Assembly: GCA_902607115.1 (NCBI GenBank)
Contig: CACLIZ010000004.1
Location: forward strand, 5,127-69,126
Length of the DNA: 64,000 bases
Direction of reading: 5' to 3'
Origin: an uncultured Pelagibacteraceae bacterium
Lineage (GTDB): Bacteria; Pseudomonadota; Alphaproteobacteria; Pelagibacterales; Pelagibacteraceae
The notes under the pieces: model-generated
The model's input: the letters and a program-made list of their open reading frames with translations, nothing else
Told to the model about the DNA's origin: nothing
Databases searched by the model: none
Shown here: in pieces, positions 1 to 8,620 of the stretch
Layout of the letters: the number at the start of each line of letters is the position of its first letter
Numbering within the stretch: the stretch's first letter is position 1
Program-made: the position numbers and the translations under genes

Positions 1-970
1 TATCAATTGGAAAAAACCCACAAGTCGCTCCATATTCTGGCGCCATATTTGCGATAGTTGCTCTATCTGCAAGAGTTAAATTTTTTAATCCTTCTCCATA
101 AAATTCAACAAACTTTCCAACAACTCCCTTATCTCTTAACATTTTTACTACTGTTAAAACCAAGTCTGTAGCTGTGCTACCTTCTGGCATTTTTTTTGTA
201 AATTCAAAACCAATAACTTCTGGAATTAACATTGAAATCGGTTGCCCCAGCATTCCTGCTTCAGCTTCTATTCCTCCAACTCCCCATCCAAGAACTGATA
301 GTCCATTAACCATTGTAGTATGACTGTCTGTTCCTACTAAAGTATCCGGAAATAAATAGTTGTCTTTTTCATATTTTTCTGACCAAACTACCTTGGATAA
401 ATACTCTAAATTAACCTGATGACAAATGCCTGTCCCTGGCGGAACAATTCTAAAATTATTAAAAGCTTGCTGACCCCACTTTAAAAAAGAGTATCTTTCC
501 CCATTTCTTTTAAATTCTATATCAACATTTTTTTCAAATGAATCTTGCTTTGCAAATTTATCTACTTGAACTGAATGGTCTATAACTAGATCAACTTTAG
601 AAAGAGGATTTATATTATTTGGATCTTTGTTTTTTTCTTTAACAGCTTCTCTCATTGCAGCTAAGTCTGCTACCGCCGGTATTCCCGTATAATCTTGTAG
701 CAAAACTCTTGCTGGCCTATATGCTATCTCAGTCTTTGATTTTTTCTCTTTAAGCCAATTTTTAATTGCATCAATTTGATCTTTTGTAACAGATAAACCG
801 TCTTCATATCTAAGTAAATTTTCTAAAAGAACCTTTAATGATTTAGGTAATTTTGAAATATTCGTTAGTCCATTTTTTTCAGCTTCTTTTAGTGAATAGT
901 ACTTATAGGTATTATTATTTATGTTTATAGATTTTAATGTTTTAAATGAATTTTTAATACCAGGTTTCAT
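1..970 (-). CDS. acnA: Aconitate hydratase A, 5' part; runs off the window start
   Basis: Not in the ORF track. Hand translation from the ATG at 970 gives MKPGIKNSF...[14 protein letters not shown]...[23 protein letters not shown]...VIDHSVQVD...[16 protein letters not shown]...GTDSHTTM, the AcnA signatures. Confidence 0.96.
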   Translation of the reverse strand, partial: MKPGIKNSFKTLKSININNNTYKYYSLKEAEKNGLTNISKLPKSLKVLLENLLRYEDGLSVTKDQIDAIKNWLKEKKSKTEIAYRPARVLLQDYTGIPAVADLAAMREAVKEKNKDPNNINPLSKVDLVIDHSVQVDKFAKQDSFEKNVDIEFKRNGERYSFLKWGQQAFNNFRIVPPGTGICHQVNLEYLSKVVWSEKYEKDNYLFPDTLVGTDSHTTMVNGLSVLGWGVGGIEAEAGMLGQPISMLIPEVIGFEFTKKMPEGSTATDLVLTVVKMLRDKGVVGKFVEFYGEGLKNLTLADRATIANMAPEYGATCGFFPID

Positions 971-1014
971 ATATGTACATTATATATTTTATTTAGACTA
1001 AATTATGAATAAAT

Positions 1015-1605
1015 TTATAAATAGAATGTTGCTATACAGCCTATTAAAAGAAATGACATAACATAATTAAATCGTTTTATAAATTTCTCATTTGTCGCGA
1101 ATCTTCTTAAAAATTTACCTATTAATGACCAAAAAAAAATGCTGAAACATGCAAATATAAAAGCTACAGCTAAAGCCCATAATGAATGGTTAACAAAATT
1201 TTGTCCACTATCTACGTAAGTAGACACTATTATAATTGATACTATAACTGCCTTAGGATTTAAAAATTGAAAGAAAAAAGTCTCTACGAACTTAACTGGA
1301 TTTTCTTTGGCATCATTAGAATTGGTTGTAGAAAATGAAATTTTATAAGCAAGATAGATTAAAAAAATTGATCCTCCATACTTTAATATTTCTTGTATAA
1401 AAGGATACATTTTAAATATATTTATTAATCCAAAATTTACTACTGCTACCAAAGTGGTAAATCCAAAAATTACACCGCACATATGTGGAATTGTTTTTAT
1501 TATTCCAAAATTGAATGCAGAGTATGAAGCTACAATGTTATTTGGTCCAGGTGAGCAGCTAGTGACTAACATAAATAATGACATTGATAATAGTTCTGGA
1601 TGCAT
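1015..1605 (-). CDS. LysE/RhtB family amino acid exporter
   Basis: SPGPNN near the N-terminus, QFLNPKA motif, about six hydrophobic segments, 196 aa. Confidence 0.88.
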   Translation of the reverse strand: MHPELLSMSLFMLVTSCSPGPNNIVASYSAFNFGIIKTIPHMCGVIFGFTTLVAVVNFGLINIFKMYPFIQEILKYGGSIFLIYLAYKISFSTTNSNDAKENPVKFVETFFFQFLNPKAVIVSIIIVSTYVDSGQNFVNHSLWALAVAFIFACFSIFFWSLIGKFLRRFATNEKFIKRFNYVMSFLLIGCIATFYL

Positions 1606-1611
1606 TTATTT

Positions 1612-1953
1612 TTATGCTATTGGTAGCCCGTTCTCTGCTTTTTGAGATGGATGAACTAAAGTGACTCTGCCTTCTGAGTCAATGGCACCAAGAATTAGTA
1701 TTTGCGAAATTACTCCAGCAATATTTTTTTCTGGAAAGTTACAAACTGCAATAACTTGTTTTCCTTTCAAATTTTCTTCATTATAGTAATGGGTAATTTG
1801 GGCTGAAGATTTTTTAATGCCTATTTCTTTTCCAAAGTCAACCTCAACAACAAGAGATGGTTTCTTAGCTTTTTCGTTTTTTTTAACACTCAAAATAGTT
1901 CCTAATCTTATATCTACTTTGTCAAAAATGTCGTAGGTTATTTGTTCTTTCAT
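1612..1953 (-). CDS. csaA: CsaA/Trbp111-type tRNA-binding, secretion chaperone protein
   Basis: FDKVDIRLGTI, KKSSAQIT..Y and VCNFPEKNIAG match the stand-alone OB-fold CsaA family. Confidence 0.88.
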   Translation of the reverse strand: MKEQITYDIFDKVDIRLGTILSVKKNEKAKKPSLVVEVDFGKEIGIKKSSAQITHYYNEENLKGKQVIAVCNFPEKNIAGVISQILILGAIDSEGRVTLVHPSQKAENGLPIA

Positions 1954-1976
1954 AATAATAATATATAATTAAGTTT

Positions 1977-3155
1977 ATGAGTATAGAAAGCAATTTATAT
2001 AAAAAATCAATCAAGATTTTAACTGACTTGATAGGTTTTAAAACCATATCAGGAAATGATAATGGCCCATTGATTGACTATTGTGATGCTATTTTAAAAG
2101 AAAATGGAGTTTCAACATTTCGAGTTTTCGACAATAATAAAGAAAGAGTAAATCTTTTTGGCACTATAAAAGCAAAAAAAACTAGCGATAAAAAACCTAT
2201 AATTTTATCAGGTCATACGGATGTTGTTCCTGTTTCAAAAGGATGGTCAACAGATCCATTTGTTGCAACTATTAAAGGAGATAAGCTCTATGGTAGAGGT
2301 TCATGTGATATGAAAGGATTTATTGCATGTGTGCTTGCCTGTGTTCCTTCTTTTTCTTCAACGAGTTTAGATAGAGATATTCATTTTTCTTTTACGTTTG
2401 ACGAGGAAACAGCATGTATAGGTGCGCCACTATTAATCAAAGAATTAAAAAAAAAAAATATTCAAGATGGAATTTGTATAATTGGAGAGCCAACAAAAAT
2501 GAAAATTATAGATGCACATAAGGGTATGAATGAATACACAGTTCACTTTGAAGGTTTGGCTGGACATAGTTCTCAACCACATAAAGGTGTAAATGCAATT
2601 GAGTATGCCACAAGATACATAAATAAACTTTTAGAATTAAGGCAACAACTAATTAAAAGAGGACCTAAGGATTGTATTTTTGATCCACCTCATTCAACTC
2701 TATCTATTGGTGGAATGTCAGGAGGGATAGCTCATAATGTAATTGCAGATAAATGTAAAGTTGAATGGGAAACTAGACCTGTAGTAAAAGAAGATGCAAT
2801 TTTCGTTACACAAGAAATTGATAAGTTTGTAAATGAAAATCTATTACCAGAAATGAAAAAAGTTTTTACTAATTCTAATATTAGAAAAGAAGTTATTGGT
2901 GAAGTTATTGGTTTTAATAGAATAAATAATTCTGAGGCTTGTGAGTTTGTTTCAAGTATAACTGGAGATAATTCTAGAGAGGTAGTTTCGTTTGGAACTG
3001 AAGCTGGTCTTTTTCAAGAATTAGGAATTAGTACTGTAGTTTGTGGCCCAGGATCAATTGAACAAGCACATAAAATAGATGAATTTATTGAACTTAATGA
3101 AATCAAAAAATGTATATCGTTTCTTGATGGAGTAAAAGATAAATCGATAATCTAA
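1977..3155 (+). CDS. argE: Acetylornithine deacetylase (M20 family)
   Basis: LSGHTDVVP, LYGRGSCDMKGF, DEE, IIGEPT, GHSS and GPGSIEQAH motifs. Confidence 0.88.
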   Translation: MSIESNLYKKSIKILTDLIGFKTISGNDNGPLIDYCDAILKENGVSTFRVFDNNKERVNLFGTIKAKKTSDKKPIILSGHTDVVPVSKGWSTDPFVATIKGDKLYGRGSCDMKGFIACVLACVPSFSSTSLDRDIHFSFTFDEETACIGAPLLIKELKKKNIQDGICIIGEPTKMKIIDAHKGMNEYTVHFEGLAGHSSQPHKGVNAIEYATRYINKLLELRQQLIKRGPKDCIFDPPHSTLSIGGMSGGIAHNVIADKCKVEWETRPVVKEDAIFVTQEIDKFVNENLLPEMKKVFTNSNIRKEVIGEVIGFNRINNSEACEFVSSITGDNSREVVSFGTEAGLFQELGISTVVCGPGSIEQAHKIDEFIELNEIKKCISFLDGVKDKSII

Positions 3156-3195
3156 AAAAAAATCCTGCCACGTATTAAACGTGACAGGATATTAT
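3155..3195. terminator. Hairpin between convergent argE and the NCS1 permease; likely intrinsic terminator
   Basis: ATCCTGCCACGT-ATTAA-ACGTGACAGGAT stem (3162-3190) preceded by an A tract, which is a U tract on the - strand. Confidence 0.7.
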
Positions 3196-3216
3196 ATTAA
3201 CCTATAAAAAAGTTAT

Positions 3217-4671
3217 TTACTTGCCTCTATTAGATATAGCTAAATGAATCACAGCGCCTAATGCAGCTCCAATCATCCAAGCATATCCTCCGCCACCACC
3301 AAGGTTAGCAAAGAAATCATCTAAACCAAATACTAAAATATTTGGCCAAACTGTTCCAACAGCAATGTATCCTGATAGCACCCAAGCTAACATTCCCTTA
3401 CCATTGAATCCATCGTTGTAGTGATATTTTCCACTTTTGCTATCTGAGAAAAGATCATCTACATCAATTTTTTGCTTCTTAATGATGTAATAGTCAGTAA
3501 TCATTATACCAAACACTGGAGCTAATATTGCTCCTAACGTGTTTACAAATGGGAAAAGTCCCATCTTAGTAATCGTTGATACCCACAAACCACCAATTAT
3601 AAAACCAAATACCGCAGTAATTAATCCACCCATTCTGAAATTAATTTTGCTTGGCATTAAATTAGCTAAGTCATATGCAGGTGGTACAAAGTTTGCTACC
3701 ATGTTTATACCAACAGTCGCCGCAAAAAATGCAAATGCAGCAATGATTGTAAGTAGTAAATTGTCTACTTTTGCAACCATATCAGTTGGTGAAGCAATAT
3801 ACTCACCAAATATAGCAATTGTTCCGCCAGTAATCATTAAAGTAATGAATGAGAAGAAAACAACGTTACCTACAAGGCCCCATAAATTTCCTTTCTTCAT
3901 TTCATCTTCGTTTTTAACAAATCTTGCGAAGTCACCAAAGTTAATTACAACAGCCGCAAAGTATCCTACCATAATTGAAAATACTGCTAGGAAAGCACCA
4001 AATGATCCTAATCCTTCAAAACCACCTGATCTTTCTCCACCAGAAAATATATTTCCAACCTCTGATAGTAAGCCTCCACCAGCTTTTGCCCATATTGCGA
4101 TCATTAAAACAATCATCACAACATAAACTGCTGGACCAGCAAAGTTTAAAAACCTTCTGACTAAATCTATTCCTTGCCAGAACAAATAAACTTGGAAAAC
4201 TGACACAAATATAAATGAAATCCACATTACTCCTGACATTCCAAGAAGCATTGGTTCACCTTCTATTCCAGTTAAACCTGTTATTAATAGTGCAACTGCA
4301 GTTGAAGCTGCGAAAGTTTGTGCGCCGTACCAAAACATTGCAACAATTCCCCGAGCCATTGCTGGGAAGTTTGCTCCAAATACACCCATACTGACCCTTG
4401 CAAATACAGGGTATGGAATACCATGTTTCACACTTGGTTTTCCTGAAAGGTTTACGAGCCACATTATAAAAAAGCCTGCAAGAACTAACGCAAGCATAAC
4501 AGCCCAACCATTTAAGCCTGAGGCTAAAAATAGTGAAGCAGCTAAAGTATATCCAAATAAACTTTGAACATCGTTAGCCCAAACGTTAAAGATTTCGAAC
4601 CATCCCCATTTTTTATCGCTACTCGGAGTTGGGGCTAAATCTTTATTGTATAATTTAGAAGATCTTGACAT
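3217..4671 (-). CDS. NCS1 family nucleobase:cation symporter (allantoin/purine/pyrimidine permease-like)
   Basis: 12-TM pattern with GIPYPVFARVSMG, AMFWYGAQ, INFGDFARF and GINMVANF. Start moved to the ATG at 4671, which follows a GGAGGGAG SD; the ORF track starts at 4698. Confidence 0.88.
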   Translation of the reverse strand: MSRSSKLYNKDLAPTPSSDKKWGWFEIFNVWANDVQSLFGYTLAASLFLASGLNGWAVMLALVLAGFFIMWLVNLSGKPSVKHGIPYPVFARVSMGVFGANFPAMARGIVAMFWYGAQTFAASTAVALLITGLTGIEGEPMLLGMSGVMWISFIFVSVFQVYLFWQGIDLVRRFLNFAGPAVYVVMIVLMIAIWAKAGGGLLSEVGNIFSGGERSGGFEGLGSFGAFLAVFSIMVGYFAAVVINFGDFARFVKNEDEMKKGNLWGLVGNVVFFSFITLMITGGTIAIFGEYIASPTDMVAKVDNLLLTIIAAFAFFAATVGINMVANFVPPAYDLANLMPSKINFRMGGLITAVFGFIIGGLWVSTITKMGLFPFVNTLGAILAPVFGIMITDYYIIKKQKIDVDDLFSDSKSGKYHYNDGFNGKGMLAWVLSGYIAVGTVWPNILVFGLDDFFANLGGGGGYAWMIGAALGAVIHLAISNRGK

Positions 4672-4803
4672 TCTCCCTCCTTTTGTTTGATAAAACACTA
4701 TTTAGTTGAAAACTAAAGTAAAGTACTTATTTTCTACTTAATAAAAATGTTGATATACAGTGTAAATAAAACCCAAATTGCACACTAAGGTAATTATTTT
4801 AAT

Positions 4804-6237
4804 TTAACTCCATCCACCAACTGTTTTTACTTCTAAAAATTCTATTAAACCTTCTGTTCCTGCTTCTCTGCCAATACCAGAATGTTTATATCCACCAAAT
4901 GGAGAGCCTACAGCTATACCTACGCCATTAACATCTACCATTCCTGATCTAAGTTTTCTTGCAACTCTTTTGACTTTCTCTTTATCTTGAGTTTGAATAT
5001 AATTCGTTAATCCATATGGAGTATCATTGGCTATTGAGATAGCCTCATCTTCATTTTCAAAAGGAATTATAGATAAAACAGGACCAAAAATTTCAGTTCT
5101 AGCAATCTCCATTTGATTATTAACATCCGCAAAAACAGTTGGTTTAACATAATAACCTTTTTCTAAACCTTTTGGTTTTCCAATTCCTCCTGCAACTAGT
5201 TTTGCACCCTCATCTATTCCTTTTTGAATTAAAGTTTGAATTTTATTAAATTGTATTTCAGATACTACTGGACCAATATGGTCACCATCTTTTTCTGGAG
5301 AATCTACCTTTGTGTTGTTTGCTAATTCTTTTACTTTTTCTACAGTTTCATTATAAATTGACTTTTCTACTAACATTCTTGTTGGTGCATTGCACGATTG
5401 CCCCGAATTTCTAAAGCATCTTAGAACTCCTCTTGCTATTGCCTCTGAATCGGCATCTTTAAAAATTATATTTGCTCCTTTTCCTCCTAATTCTAAACTT
5501 ATTCTTTTAAAATCTTTTGCAGCATTTTGAGAAATCAATGCACCCGCTCTAGTAGATCCTGTAAATGATATCATGTTTACATCAGGATGACTCGTTAAAG
5601 CATCTCCTGTTAAAGCTCCATCTCCATTTACTAGATTAAAAACTCCTGCTGGGAATTTTACTTCATCAATCATTTCTGCAAGCAACATTGATGACAAAGG
5701 CGCAATTTCAGATGGCTTCAAAATCACAGTACATGCAGAAGCTAAAGCAGGTATCACTTTTAAATTAACTTGATTGATTGGCCAATTCCATGGTGTAATA
5801 AGTGCACATACTCCTTTTGGTTCATACAATAATTTTTGGTTATTTTTTTCCTCACCTAAATCTTTTTCAAATTTAAAATCTTTTAATATATTCTTAAAAG
5901 ATTTGATGTGACTTGCTCCTGTTGCGGCCTGCATTTCAGTTGAGAATTTCATGGGCGCACCCATCTCTTTAGAGATAAGTTTTGCCATTTCTGCCCATCG
6001 TTTTTTGTAAACTGCGTATAATTTTTCTAATAATTCTAATCTTTCTTCTTTTTTTGAGAAAGCCCAAGTTTCAAAAGCTTTTTTTGCAGCACTAACTGCT
6101 TTATCCACATCTTTTTTTCCTCCAAGTGATATTTCCGCACAAGGCTCTTCATTTGAAGGATCAATAACTTTAAAGCTTCTTGATTCAATCGGGGAAACCC
6201 ATTTTCCATTTATATAAAAGTTTTTTTTATCTAACAT
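4804..6237 (-). CDS. NAD(P)-dependent aldehyde dehydrogenase
   Basis: ITPWNWP, KPSE, SFTGST, LELGGK, catalytic Cys in GQSCNAP, EIFGPV. Confidence 0.93.
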   Translation of the reverse strand: MLDKKNFYINGKWVSPIESRSFKVIDPSNEEPCAEISLGGKKDVDKAVSAAKKAFETWAFSKKEERLELLEKLYAVYKKRWAEMAKLISKEMGAPMKFSTEMQAATGASHIKSFKNILKDFKFEKDLGEEKNNQKLLYEPKGVCALITPWNWPINQVNLKVIPALASACTVILKPSEIAPLSSMLLAEMIDEVKFPAGVFNLVNGDGALTGDALTSHPDVNMISFTGSTRAGALISQNAAKDFKRISLELGGKGANIIFKDADSEAIARGVLRCFRNSGQSCNAPTRMLVEKSIYNETVEKVKELANNTKVDSPEKDGDHIGPVVSEIQFNKIQTLIQKGIDEGAKLVAGGIGKPKGLEKGYYVKPTVFADVNNQMEIARTEIFGPVLSIIPFENEDEAISIANDTPYGLTNYIQTQDKEKVKRVARKLRSGMVDVNGVGIAVGSPFGGYKHSGIGREAGTEGLIEFLEVKTVGGWS

Positions 6238-6251
6238 ATTTTAAACCTATA

Positions 6252-7217
6252 TTAATTTTTTTTGTTAGCAAATAAATTTGTTAATTCATAAATTATTGTT
6301 GCCGCAGCTAATGATGTCAATTCTGCATGATCATAGGCTGGTGCAACTTCTACAACATCTGCGGATATTAGATTCATGCCTGAAAGTCCTCTTAAAACAT
6401 TTACAATTTCTCTTGTAGTCATTCCTGCAATTTCAGGGGTGCCTGTTCCTGGTGCATGAGCAGGGTCTAATACATCTATATCAATTGAAAGATATAAAGG
6501 GTTATCACCTACTCTTTTTCTAATTCTTTTAACTATTTTATCAATTCCTTCTGTTTGAAATTCGTCACAATGGATTATTTTAAAACCAAAGCTTGCATCA
6601 TTTTTTAAATCGTCTTTGCTATAAAGGGGTCCTCTTATACCAACGTGCATTGAAGCATCATCTAAAAACAAATTTTCCTCTCTTGCTCTTCTAAAAGGAG
6701 TGCCATGAGTATACGGAGCACCAAAATAAGTATCCCAAGTATCTAAGTGTGCATCAAAATGAACTAATGCTACTGGCCCATTATTTATTTTGTTTATTGA
6801 TCTAAGTAATGGAAAAGCAATTGTATGATCTCCACCCATGCTAATAATGCCACCAACTTTTTCTAACAATTCTGTTGCCCCTTTTTCAATTTGTTTAATT
6901 GCTTCATTAATATTAAATGGATTGCACGCAATATCTCCAGCATCTGCAACTTGCTGTACTTTGAAAGGTTCGGCATCATAATTGGGATGATAGTTAGTTC
7001 TTAAATGTCTTGATGCTTGTCTAATGCTTTGAGGTCCAAATCTCGCCCCAGGTCTATAACTTGTTCCTGCGTCAAAAGGAATGCCAACTATAGCTACATC
7101 ACAACTTTCAACATCTCTTAGTTCTGGAAGTCTAGCAAACGTATTTGGTCCAGCATATCTTGGAACTTTAGTTCCAATAACAGGTTGTATAGGGTTTTTA
7201 TTTCTACGTTTTTTCAT
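6252..7217 (-). CDS. speB: Ureohydrolase (agmatinase/guanidinobutyrase family)
   Basis: GARFGP, GGDHT, HFDAHLD, HGTPF, SIDIDVLDP and PGTGTP Mn-binding motifs; substrate uncertain. Confidence 0.82.
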   Translation of the reverse strand: MKKRRNKNPIQPVIGTKVPRYAGPNTFARLPELRDVESCDVAIVGIPFDAGTSYRPGARFGPQSIRQASRHLRTNYHPNYDAEPFKVQQVADAGDIACNPFNINEAIKQIEKGATELLEKVGGIISMGGDHTIAFPLLRSINKINNGPVALVHFDAHLDTWDTYFGAPYTHGTPFRRAREENLFLDDASMHVGIRGPLYSKDDLKNDASFGFKIIHCDEFQTEGIDKIVKRIRKRVGDNPLYLSIDIDVLDPAHAPGTGTPEIAGMTTREIVNVLRGLSGMNLISADVVEVAPAYDHAELTSLAAATIIYELTNLFANKKN

Positions 7218-7225
7218 TTATATAT

Positions 7226-7972
7226 TTGTTTATGAAATTTTTAAAAATTATCCTATCAATTATTATATTTTTTTCACCTGCTAATGCTAACACAATATTC
7301 TACCTAATTAAAATACCAAACTTAGAAATACATAACAGTAAATCAGTAAATGGTCTTAAATATTTAAAAGCGATCAAGCCATTTGATGTAGGGATAAAAG
7401 ATAATAATGTTTCATGCTTTAATTCTAGTGAAGAAGATATTGAAAAAACAATACCCTTAATTGAACAAAATTTAAATAAATATAGCTCTGTTTTTTTAAA
7501 TAAAATTAATCTTAAATATATTGTTCTATGTGAAAATCTTTCAGTATCTCAGATTAGTGCTGCTGGAGTTCCAAACTCAAGAACCAAGACTTTAGTAATT
7601 GATATTAAATTTGATGAAGAACATTTTGAGAGAGTATTGCATCATGAAATATTTCATATGATAAATGATAGTCACAAAAAAAAATTTTTGCATGAAGAGT
7701 GGAAAAAATTTAATAATTCAAAATTCAAATATGCTGAATGTTCAACTTGCACGGATAAACTAGGATTATCATTATTAAAAGAACATAAAGGTTTTGTTAC
7801 AGAATACGCTATGTCCACTCCTTCTGAAGATATGGCAGAAGTATTTTCTTTTATTATAACTAATACAGAAAAAATAGAAGATAAAGCTCTAGTTGACCCA
7901 ATACTAAATAAAAAAATACTTTTTATAAAAAAAAATATTTTAAAAATTGACGAAAATTTTAATTTTAATTAA
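7226..7972 (+). CDS. Secreted putative zinc metallopeptidase
   Basis: Signal peptide (MKFLKIILSIIIFFSPANA), HEIFH (HExxH) and downstream GFVTEYA..S.EDMAEVF. Confidence 0.7.
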   Translation: MFMKFLKIILSIIIFFSPANANTIFYLIKIPNLEIHNSKSVNGLKYLKAIKPFDVGIKDNNVSCFNSSEEDIEKTIPLIEQNLNKYSSVFLNKINLKYIVLCENLSVSQISAAGVPNSRTKTLVIDIKFDEEHFERVLHHEIFHMINDSHKKKFLHEEWKKFNNSKFKYAECSTCTDKLGLSLLKEHKGFVTEYAMSTPSEDMAEVFSFIITNTEKIEDKALVDPILNKKILFIKKNILKIDENFNFN

Positions 7973-8620
7973 ATGGTAAAAAAGTTAAAACAAACAATAT
8001 CTGAAAAAATTTTATTAGTATTTGTTATTACTATAACAAGTGTTTTTTTTATTTCTTTTATTACAATGAAAAATAAATGTTTATTTGTAAAAAGTTATGA
8101 TCCAAAAAAAATAAATTTTGAAACTCCAGAAAATATTGCAGTAATGAATGTTTACTGTGGAAACGTTATAATTGAGCTCTATCCCAATATTTCGCCAAAA
8201 TCTGTAGAAAGATTTAAAATGTTAATTAAATCTGGTGAATATAATAATGTTGCCTTTCATAGAGTTATAAAAAATGTACTTGTTCAAGCTGGTGACATAG
8301 AATTTGGTAGAAAAAATAATTTAAATTATGCTTATATAGGAACTGGCAAATCAGGATATGGAACTATTAAATCTGAGTTGGAAAATAAATTTGATTTTAA
8401 AGTAGGTACAGTTGCTTTGGCTAGAACAGATAAGAAAAATACTGAAGATAGCCAATTTTTTATATTACTTCAGGACGCTCCATTATTCGAAGGAGAATAT
8501 ACGCCTGTTGGAAAAGTAATTTATGGTTTGGAGGCTCTAAAAAAAATTAAATATAGTGAAAAAACTGAATATGTTTTAAGACCTGATTTCATTAATTATA
8601 TTGAAATGTTAATTAACTAG
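7973..8620 (+). CDS. Membrane-anchored cyclophilin-type peptidyl-prolyl isomerase
   Basis: N-terminal TM segment, FHRVI...Q.GD, GTVALAR, SQFFI and YT.VGKV. Confidence 0.85.
   Translation: MVKKLKQTISEKILLVFVITITSVFFISFITMKNKCLFVKSYDPKKINFETPENIAVMNVYCGNVIIELYPNISPKSVERFKMLIKSGEYNNVAFHRVIKNVLVQAGDIEFGRKNNLNYAYIGTGKSGYGTIKSELENKFDFKVGTVALARTDKKNTEDSQFFILLQDAPLFEGEYTPVGKVIYGLEALKKIKYSEKTEYVLRPDFINYIEMLIN

Noticed and set aside
3539-4126. 195-aa + strand ORF
   Set aside because: It is antisense to the well-supported NCS1 permease and has no recognisable motifs; a shadow frame.
4699-4803. Possible purine riboswitch upstream of the NCS1 permease
   Set aside because: Only a weak AT-rich hairpin (TTTAGTT-GAA-AACTAAA) is present, with no recognisable aptamer consensus.
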